Below, in pieces: positions 18,163 through 24,765 of a DNA stretch of 24,765 nucleotides. Position 1 is the stretch's first letter. Each line of letters starts with the position of its first letter. The position numbers and the translations under genes are program-made. The notes under the pieces are model-generated. The model had not been told where the DNA came from. It worked only from the letters and a program-made list of their open reading frames with translations, and made no database searches. Source of the DNA: Bdellovibrionales bacterium. GTDB lineage: Bacteria; Bdellovibrionota; Bdellovibrionia; Bdellovibrionales; JAMPXM01. The stretch covers positions 1-24,765 of the forward strand of contig JAYUEN010000002.1 in assembly GCA_043739185.1 (NCBI GenBank), in the 5' to 3' direction.

Positions 18163-18960
18163 ATGCATGCTGAGCAAACAAAAGAATTAAACTGGATAGA
18201 CGTTCACACGCATCTAAATTTTTTAGACATAGCTCCCGAAATTGCTATTGCCGAAGGCAAGAAGTTGGGTGTTAAAAGATTTTTTACTATAGGCACAGAA
18301 CCTGAAGATCATGAAATAGTTTTGGGGCTTGCGCAAAAATATTATCCAGAAGTCATGTGTACTTTAGGCATTCATCCGCACGAGGCGCAAAAATTTGATG
18401 CACGTGTTGAAAATTTTATTTTAAAAAATGCCCCAGCCAAAGAAGTTGTAGCTGTCGGAGAAATTGGTCTCGACTATTTTTATAGCCATTCCCCACATGA
18501 TATTCAACAAGCGGCATTCCGAAGGCAGCTCGAATTGGCGGAGCAACTGAAACTACCGGTTGAAATCCATACGCGAGATGCAGAGGAAGATACTCTTGAA
18601 ATTTTGCGTGAATTTAAGGGGCGAGTGACTGGGCTGATTCACTGTTTTACGGGCACTCAAAAATTGGCAAATGGCGCTCTTGATTTGGGTTTTGATATTT
18701 CAATAAGTGGAGTGGTGACCTTTAAAAAAGCAGAGGAGCTTAAGGCCGTTGTGAAGAGCCTGCCACTAGATCGAATTCATGTTGAAACCGATGCGCCATT
18801 TTTGGCTCCAATGCCCCATCGCGGAAAGAAGAATGTTCCGGCATTTGTAGTGCATACTGCGCAAGTAGTAGCAGAATTATTAGGGGTAAGCCTTGAGCAG
18901 CTTTCTGAGCAAACCCAAGCCAATGCGCGTCGTTTGTTTTCAAAGTTACAAAGTATTTGA
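18163..18960 (+). CDS. tatD: TatD-family metal-dependent DNase (YcfH-like)
   Basis: Motifs DVHTHL, GIHPH, GEIGLDY, HTRDA, HCFTG and ETDAPFL. Confidence 0.95.
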   Translation: MHAEQTKELNWIDVHTHLNFLDIAPEIAIAEGKKLGVKRFFTIGTEPEDHEIVLGLAQKYYPEVMCTLGIHPHEAQKFDARVENFILKNAPAKEVVAVGEIGLDYFYSHSPHDIQQAAFRRQLELAEQLKLPVEIHTRDAEEDTLEILREFKGRVTGLIHCFTGTQKLANGALDLGFDISISGVVTFKKAEELKAVVKSLPLDRIHVETDAPFLAPMPHRGKKNVPAFVVHTAQVVAELLGVSLEQLSEQTQANARRLFSKLQSI

Positions 18961-19013
18961 TATGGTTCTTTGATCAGAATTTTTATAAAAAGTGATTCAT
19001 AGAAGGGATCCAA

Positions 19014-20027
19014 ATGGCAAAATTAAGAGTTGGAATCAATGGCTTTGGTCGCATCGGGCGCGTTGTTTTAAGAGCCGCGTTTGAAAAATACGCTCAAGAT
19101 TTTGAGATTGTTGCGATCAATGACTTAAGCAAAGCAGAGCAATCAGCACATCTCTTAAAGTACGATTCAACCCACGGCATTTTTTCAAAATCAGTTTCTC
19201 ATAGCGAAAACGCAATGATGGTTGACGGCAAAGAAATTAAATTAACTGCGATCAAAGATCCGGCACAAATTCCCTGGAAGAGTTTTGGAGTGGATGTCGT
19301 GATGGAGTGCACGGGCGCATTTAAAAATAAAGAAGACTTTATGAAACATATTGCCGCCGGTGCGAAAAAGGTTTTGGTTTCAGCACCTGCAACCAGTGAT
19401 TTGACAGTGGTTTACGGAATCAATCATACAAAATATGATCCGTCTAAACATCATGTGGTGAGTAATGCGTCTTGTACCACCAATTGCTTAGCGCCGGTTG
19501 CTAAGGTTCTCAACGATAACTTTGGGATCGATCGCGGGCTCATGACTACCGTTCATTCATTCACCAATGACCAGCGCGTACTCGATGCTCCCCACAGTGA
19601 TTTGCGCAGAGCTCGCACGGCGACCTCATCAATGATTCCGACAAGTACAGGTGCCGCAAAAACCGTGGTCAAAATTTTGCCAGAGCTTGAAGGGCGAATC
19701 GATGGCACCAGTGTGAGAGTGCCGACGCAAAATGTGAGTTTAGTCGACTTTACTTTTACTTCAATGAAGCCAATGACCGTACAGAGTATCAATCAAGCTT
19801 TGACCGACGCCAGTTTAAAATCTTTGAAGGGCATTTTGGCCACCGAAGCAGCACCCCTGGTAAGCGTTGATTACAATGGCAATACCCATAGTTCAATTGT
19901 TGATCTTGAATGTACAATGGTTTTAGGGACCAATTTCGCTAAGATTTTTTCTTGGTATGATAATGAAACTGGATTTTCTCATCGCATGTGTGATTTTGCA
20001 GTTCATATGGCCAAAACCGGATTTTAA
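19014..20027 (+). CDS. gap: Type I glyceraldehyde-3-phosphate dehydrogenase
   Basis: GINGFGRIGR, active site ASCTTNCL, IPTSTGAAK and WYDNE. Confidence 0.99.
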   Translation: MAKLRVGINGFGRIGRVVLRAAFEKYAQDFEIVAINDLSKAEQSAHLLKYDSTHGIFSKSVSHSENAMMVDGKEIKLTAIKDPAQIPWKSFGVDVVMECTGAFKNKEDFMKHIAAGAKKVLVSAPATSDLTVVYGINHTKYDPSKHHVVSNASCTTNCLAPVAKVLNDNFGIDRGLMTTVHSFTNDQRVLDAPHSDLRRARTATSSMIPTSTGAAKTVVKILPELEGRIDGTSVRVPTQNVSLVDFTFTSMKPMTVQSINQALTDASLKSLKGILATEAAPLVSVDYNGNTHSSIVDLECTMVLGTNFAKIFSWYDNETGFSHRMCDFAVHMAKTGF

Positions 20028-20041
20028 AAGAAAGAGATAAC

Positions 20042-21280
20042 ATGACCACATCTGTTGGCTTAAAAGGTATCGCGCGCGTCACAGACTTTGAATTCAAGGG
20101 TCAAAATGTTTTTTTGCGAGTCGATTTCAATGTGCCGCTTTCTCATGAAGGGCCAGCAAACAAAGTGGTCACCAAAATCACCAATGACAAACGCATTCGC
20201 GCCGCCATTCCGACCATTCAACATATTATAGATCAGGGCGGACACCTCATTTTGGCGTCGCATTTGGGTAGGCCCGAAAAGCCAGAAGAGCGCCATCTTT
20301 ATACTATGGAGCCTATCGCTGCCCATTTAGGCGAATTATTGGGTGTCGAAGTAATATTGATTGAAGACCCAGCAAGTGATGCTCCAAAAGCACTTTTGCA
20401 AACTTTGCGTCCTAAACAAATATTGATGTTAGAAAATCTACGCTATGATGAGGGCGAAGTTGCCAATTCAACAGAACTTGCCATGCACTGGTCAAGCTAT
20501 ACGGATATTTATATCAATGATGCCTTTGGTGCTTGTCACCGCGCGCATGCGAGCATTGAGGCATTACCAAAGATAGCAGCAAAAAAAGGCATCGGTTTTC
20601 TGATTGAAAAAGAAATTTCAAATTTAGATGCGGTTATTTATCATCCGCAACATCCCTATGTGGCGATTTTAGGTGGAGCAAAGGTCTCAGATAAAATTCC
20701 GGTCATCGAAAAACTGATGGATTTAGTCGATACTTTTATTGTGGGCGGAGCGATGGCCTATACTTTCTTGGCTGCAAAGGGCGTCAACGTAGGAAAATCA
20801 AGAGTCGAAAAAGACAAAGTGGCATTTACCAAAGAAATGCTTGGGCGCATTGAGGCTCGTAATAAAAAGATTCTTTTGCCAATTGATCACCTCGCAGTTT
20901 CAGAACTTTCATCGAAAGTTGCAGTTGCCACTCCTTCAAACGCTATTGCTGCTGATTTGTTGGGAGTTGATATTGGACCAAAGAGCATTGAGCTTTTTTC
21001 AAATGAACTTAAAAAAGCAAAAACAGTTTTTTGGAATGGCCCGATGGGAATTTTCGAACGCAGTGAGTTCTCTCAAGGAACATTTGCAATTGCCAAAGTT
21101 CTTTCTGAGCTTGAGGGAGCGCAAACTATTGTGGGTGGCGGTGACTCAGCTTCTGCGGCAGAAGCTTCAGGTTTTGCTGACAAGATGACTCACATTTCAA
21201 CTGGTGGCGGTGCAAGCCTAGAATATCTTCAGGGAGAAAAGCTGCCAGGTTTAGAAATCTTGCGCGCCAGAAGATATTGA
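20042..21280 (+). CDS. pgk: Phosphoglycerate kinase
   Basis: RVDFNVP, SHLGRP, NDAFG..HRAHAS, GGAKVSDK, WNGPMG and HISTGGGASLE. Confidence 0.99.
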   Translation: MTTSVGLKGIARVTDFEFKGQNVFLRVDFNVPLSHEGPANKVVTKITNDKRIRAAIPTIQHIIDQGGHLILASHLGRPEKPEERHLYTMEPIAAHLGELLGVEVILIEDPASDAPKALLQTLRPKQILMLENLRYDEGEVANSTELAMHWSSYTDIYINDAFGACHRAHASIEALPKIAAKKGIGFLIEKEISNLDAVIYHPQHPYVAILGGAKVSDKIPVIEKLMDLVDTFIVGGAMAYTFLAAKGVNVGKSRVEKDKVAFTKEMLGRIEARNKKILLPIDHLAVSELSSKVAVATPSNAIAADLLGVDIGPKSIELFSNELKKAKTVFWNGPMGIFERSEFSQGTFAIAKVLSELEGAQTIVGGGDSASAAEASGFADKMTHISTGGGASLEYLQGEKLPGLEILRARRY

Positions 21281-21293
21281 GTTTCGACAATTG

Positions 21294-21440
21294 TGCCCGC
21301 TTAAGTAAAAGGATCGGTTTCAGTCTGTTTTCCCCCACGTTGAGTTGGGGGAAAACGAAGTCAAAGTGAAAATGTGAGCCAGAGAAAACTCTTGGTGAAG
21401 CTCAAGTTTTTATTCACTTATCGAGTTTCTTAAGCAGGCA
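21294..21440. repeat. Inverted-repeat-bounded multi-stem element (candidate structured ncRNA or MITE/REP-like element)
   Basis: Outer arms TGCCCGCTTAAG (21294-21305) and CTTAAGCAGGCA (21429-21440) are 11/12 complementary and enclose two internal hairpins (see findings). Confidence 0.5.
21327..21356. terminator. Strong hairpin after pgk, possible terminator (the U-tract fits the minus strand no better than the plus)
   Basis: Perfect 11-bp stem GTTTTCCCCCA/TGGGGGAAAAC with an 8-nt loop, starting 47 nt after the pgk stop. No clean downstream poly-U on either strand. Confidence 0.4.
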
Positions 21441-21687
21441 AGCGACCTCTAAAGACCGAGACCGAGACTGAAACTGCCAAGCTGCTAGCCGCTGCGGCTG
21501 CCGTGAAAACTGTTATAAATCCTTAAAAAAACAAGGCCCAAGTCCTGTATAGGTTTTGGTCAGTCGATAATTTGTTGATCGGCTGTTAAAAGTTGTAAGC
21601 AAAAATAAATATTTAATCATCCGCAAATCTTCGCGCTTAGCGTTTTTTCAATTTATTATCTCTTTGAAACATTCGCAAATCGTGAAA

Positions 21688-21728
21688 CTTCAATGACTTA
21701 GGGCTGTGAGCTTGGCATTGGTCTTGAA
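21688..21728 (+). promoter_or_regulatory. Candidate sigma54 promoter with an upstream IHF-like site for the Ig-repeat gene
   Basis: TGGCAT-TGGTC-TTGAA at 21713-21728 has exact -24/-12 spacing with GA at -12. CTTCAA-TGAC-TTA at 21688-21700 resembles the IHF consensus WATCAA-N4-TTR. Confidence 0.5.
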
Positions 21729-21818
21729 ATACCTGAGCACAGAGCCAGCAATTTAAAGACTAAATCAATTTTTTATAGCGCCGATGTTCTAAATATAAGT
21801 TCTCATTGGAGTTTTGAA

Positions 21819-24765
21819 ATGAAATTACAGCAGTTGCATATCAAAAGAATTAAATTTCATTTGGCAACTATCTCGCAGCTTTTTCACGATCGTCGTTCTA
21901 AAATCACTGCTGGGTTTCTTGCTCTAGGTGCTATCGTGACTTTAGGATTTGAAAATTGTGGAATGAACGGCAATGGCTTTGAGACTATAGGTGATGTAAA
22001 TAAAATTTCAGCATCTTCTGTGATCAATCAAAATACTTTTCAATATGCCTCTGCTTCCATGCAATTTACCGCGACCTTGCCAGTGTATAGTATTAAGCCA
22101 AGCATTACTGGCGGAAATTTCAATTCATTTAAAGTATCACCAAACTTACCTAGCGGAATGTTTTTAGATTCTAAAACTGGTATGATTTCAGGAATTCCTT
22201 CTCAGGCTCAGCCCATAAAAAAATATACAATCACGGGTCAAGGTAGCAATTCATTTTCGGTGGATATACAGATTGCGATCATTGGTTTTCCGGTGACATT
22301 TACATATGGATCTACTTCAATGGCATTACCAGCTAATTCAGCAATGGCTTCTCTTTCTCCAATCAATGTATCGGGCGGCCCACTTAGCTTTTCGGTAGCT
22401 CCGAATTTACCGACAGGTCTTACGCTTTCAAGTACGACTGGGGCAATTTCAGGAACTCCAACTATGTTACAGGCTGCGAGTCTTTATAAAGTCAGTGCTG
22501 TTAATTCAACGGGTGGTGCGCAAACGGTAAATTTAACAATTGGTGTAATTAAAACTCCAGTGAACTTTGCTTATAGTTCGGCGGCAGTAAGTGTGGTTGC
22601 AAATTCGGTATTTGCGAATCTGACTCCAATGAATGTCGTGGGTGCTCCTAATAATTTTAGTGTCACTCCGAGTTTGCCTGCGGGCCTGAGTTTGAATGCC
22701 ACGACCGGAGTGATTTCTGGCACACCCACGACAGCCCAAGTTGCGACTGCATATAATATTACTGGGATGAATCTGAGCGGTGGTTCTGCAACTCTTAGTT
22801 TAAATATCACGGTCACAACAATTCCTGTGAGTTTTGCCTATGGAACTACTGCCGTTAGCCTGCCTGTCAATTCGCTATTTTCAACATTGACGCCTACGAC
22901 AGTTGTCGGAGCGCCCTCGAGCTATAGTGTATCGCCAAATTTACCGGCCGGATTAAACCTGAATAGTTCGACCGGGGTCATTTCGGGAACGCCATCAACT
23001 GTTCAGGCCTCTTCAAAATATTCGATTACTGCGACGAATCCCAGCGGCGGAAGTTATTCTGTAGATTTGAATATTGCAGTTACAAGTATTCCGGTGAGTT
23101 TCGCCTATACTTCAACAAATATTAGTGTGGCAGTGAATTCTGTTTTTCCTACACTTACACCTTCAAACCTGAGTGGGGCGCCCACGAACTTTAGAGTGAG
23201 TCCTAGTTTGCCAGTGGGACTTGTTCTAAATAATGCAAACGGAGTTGTGTCAGGGACTCCAACGCTTGCCCAAGCCTCAGTAAAATATAGCATTACCGGA
23301 AGCAATACGAGCGGCGGCAGCTTTATTTTTGACATCAATATTGCGGTGATCATTGTTCCTGTTGATTTTTCATATTCTTCGAATACTTCATTCACGGTGA
23401 CTGCCGGCTCAGCCTTTCCGACGCTAACACCCACAATTAGAGGCGCGGCCATCAGTTCATTTTCAGTGAGCCCGTCTTTTCCGAGCGGAATCAATCTGGA
23501 TGCTAGGACTGGAGTAATTTCAGGAACGGCACTAACCGCACAAGCAGCGACTAAGTATAGTGTAAAGGCAGTAAATGCTAGCGGCGGAAGTTTAACTGTC
23601 GATTTGTTTATTACGATTACTAGTATTCCTGTAACATTTGCCTACGGGACAACAGCGGTGACGGGTTTAGTAAACTCGCCGTTTACTTCATTGATACCAA
23701 CGGGGGTAACAGGTGCTCCGACTGCATTTCGAGTTAGTCCGACTTTACCTAGCGGAATGGCTCTAGATTCAGCAAGTGGAGTCATTTCAGGTACTCCAAC
23801 CGCGGCAATCAGTGCTACCAACTTCAATATTACAGCTGTAAATGCAAGTGGTGGAAGTCTGACCGTCGTACTCAATATCGAAGTCAAAACGATTCCTGTT
23901 AATTTTGCCTATCGTTCATCAGCAATTAGCTTTCCCGCTTTTGATAGCATTTCGAATTTGAATCCACTCAATGTTTCAGGTAATCCAACTAATTTTTCTG
24001 TAACGCCGAATTTGCCATTTGGCATAAGCCTCGACTCGGCAACTGGTGTGATTTCAGGTGCTCCGACTATTCAGCAGGCGGCAGCAAATTATAGTGTTAC
24101 AGGAAACAACTCAAACGGTGGCAGCTTCACATTTATTTTGTCGATATCGATAGTGGTGATTCCGGTAGACTTCGCCTATGCAGCAGGTGCCGCAATATCA
24201 GTGGTGGTGAATTCTCCGCTCGCCAATATTATGCCCGACTCTCTGAGTGGCGACCCTAATAGTTTTTTAGTTAGTCCGGCCCTTCCTTTGGGAATTTCGC
24301 TCGACCCATCAAGCGGTTTGCTATCGGGAACACCAACCGAAGTTCGTGCTAGTCAAACCTACTCAATAACGGCAAGAAATAAAAGTGGAGGGAGCAAAAC
24401 CAGCTCAATTCAAATTGCAGTTACGCAAATTCCGTTGCAGATTACTTATTATTCTAATTCATTTGTCTTTCAAATTAATGCTCCTTCAGTTTATTTGGGC
24501 CCTTCTATAGGTGGGGGCACGCCTGCTCTCTTTGAGGTTTCTCCGGCATTGCCGGCGGGTTTGCAGCTTGATCCAAACTCTGGTGTCATTTCGGGAAACC
24601 CAACAACGGTCACAGCAACTGCGGATTATACGATTACCGCAAGTGCAAATCCGGTTTCGTGGGGGAAAACTTCGGTGATTTTAAAAATTGCCATAACAGA
24701 ACAGGCGCCGAGATTTGATTATATGTCCGGCATAGTCAATGGGACCGTAGGGGTTTCAATTGGTA
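21819..24765 (+). CDS. Large putative surface lipoprotein/adhesin with tandem putative Ig (He_PIG-like) domains; partial, runs off the window
   Basis: Absent from the ORF track. Read by hand it is open from the ATG at 21819 (GGAG RBS) to the window end, 982 codons with no stop. A hydrophobic stretch ends in LGFENC (Cys47). It has ten full repeats of the motif F.VSP.LP.GL.L...TG.ISGTP....Y.IT..N..GG. Confidence 0.92.
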   Translation, partial: MKLQQLHIKRIKFHLATISQLFHDRRSKITAGFLALGAIVTLGFENCGMNGNGFETIGDVNKISASSVINQNTFQYASASMQFTATLPVYSIKPSITGGNFNSFKVSPNLPSGMFLDSKTGMISGIPSQAQPIKKYTITGQGSNSFSVDIQIAIIGFPVTFTYGSTSMALPANSAMASLSPINVSGGPLSFSVAPNLPTGLTLSSTTGAISGTPTMLQAASLYKVSAVNSTGGAQTVNLTIGVIKTPVNFAYSSAAVSVVANSVFANLTPMNVVGAPNNFSVTPSLPAGLSLNATTGVISGTPTTAQVATAYNITGMNLSGGSATLSLNITVTTIPVSFAYGTTAVSLPVNSLFSTLTPTTVVGAPSSYSVSPNLPAGLNLNSSTGVISGTPSTVQASSKYSITATNPSGGSYSVDLNIAVTSIPVSFAYTSTNISVAVNSVFPTLTPSNLSGAPTNFRVSPSLPVGLVLNNANGVVSGTPTLAQASVKYSITGSNTSGGSFIFDINIAVIIVPVDFSYSSNTSFTVTAGSAFPTLTPTIRGAAISSFSVSPSFPSGINLDARTGVISGTALTAQAATKYSVKAVNASGGSLTVDLFITITSIPVTFAYGTTAVTGLVNSPFTSLIPTGVTGAPTAFRVSPTLPSGMALDSASGVISGTPTAAISATNFNITAVNASGGSLTVVLNIEVKTIPVNFAYRSSAISFPAFDSISNLNPLNVSGNPTNFSVTPNLPFGISLDSATGVISGAPTIQQAAANYSVTGNNSNGGSFTFILSISIVVIPVDFAYAAGAAISVVVNSPLANIMPDSLSGDPNSFLVSPALPLGISLDPSSGLLSGTPTEVRASQTYSITARNKSGGSKTSSIQIAVTQIPLQITYYSNSFVFQINAPSVYLGPSIGGGTPALFEVSPALPAGLQLDPNSGVISGNPTTVTATADYTITASANPVSWGKTSVILKIAITEQAPRFDYMSGIVNGTVGVSIG
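22029..24765 (+). repeat. Intragenic tandem array of diverged ~267-nt (89-aa) Ig-like repeats, 10 complete plus 1 partial
   Basis: Repeat starts at about 22029, then 22287, 22554, 22821, 23088, 23355, 23625, 23892, 24159, 24429 and 24705. Spacing is mostly 267 nt, with 270 nt for units 6 and 9. Confidence 0.9.

Noticed and set aside
2093..21338. Remaining 60-115 aa ORFs nested in or antisense to the called genes
   Set aside because: Each lies within or largely overlaps a well-supported gene and has no independent RBS or motif evidence.
21294..21499. The structured element as 6S RNA, SRP RNA, RNase P RNA or a c-di-GMP riboswitch
   Set aside because: It is branched rather than a 6S-like rod, and I could not find the conserved motifs of the other families. 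An Rfam search is still needed to exclude them.
21434..21526. Plus-strand frame reading ...TETETETAKLLAAAAAVKTVINP as a tmRNA tag or small protein
   Set aside because: It has no start codon or RBS, does not end in ALAA-stop, and has no tRNA-like tmRNA ends nearby.
22533..23887. Minus-strand ORFs 22533..22739, 22571..22816, 23105..23494 and 23642..23887
   Set aside because: They are antisense shadows of the long plus-strand Ig-repeat gene, and their repeated look mirrors its repeats.
22029..24765. The ~267-nt periodicity as a CRISPR array, DGR or DNA-level repeat
   Set aside because: The units are in-frame multiples of three, conserved as protein and diverged at synonymous sites. There are no identical repeats with spacers, and no cas or reverse transcriptase gene in the window.

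Overview
Bacterial chromosome segment of roughly 40% GC (by eye). It is most likely Bdellovibrionota (inferred from the AgmX/PglI-type protein, the F-x-N-C lipoprotein start, the SPL-like radical SAM gene and candidate sigma28/sigma54 promoters). Left to right: tRNA-Arg(CCT); two small hypothetical genes; a short NFACT/RqcH-family gene; a tightly coupled six-gene operon (GldA/GldF/GldG-like ABC system, DUF4340 protein, GHMP sugar kinase, DUF429 RNase-H-like protein); two exported hypotheticals; an SPL-like radical SAM gene with a coupled partner; an App1-like HAD phosphatase; secG with an AgmX/PglI-domain gene; a REC-GAF regulator; tmk-holB-tatD; gap-pgk with no tpiA; a structured ~540-bp intergenic region; and the first 982 codons of a large Ig-repeat (He_PIG-like) lipoprotein that the ORF track missed because it runs off the window. 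I found no CRISPR array, transposase, integrase or phage gene. The best leads are the inverted-repeat-bounded multi-stem element after pgk, the patterned Ig-repeat array with a sigma54/IHF-like promoter, the ABC-kinase-DUF429 operon, the ParB-like/SPL-like pair and a possible local inversion with loss of tpiA. All family calls come from motif recognition by eye; no database search was run.
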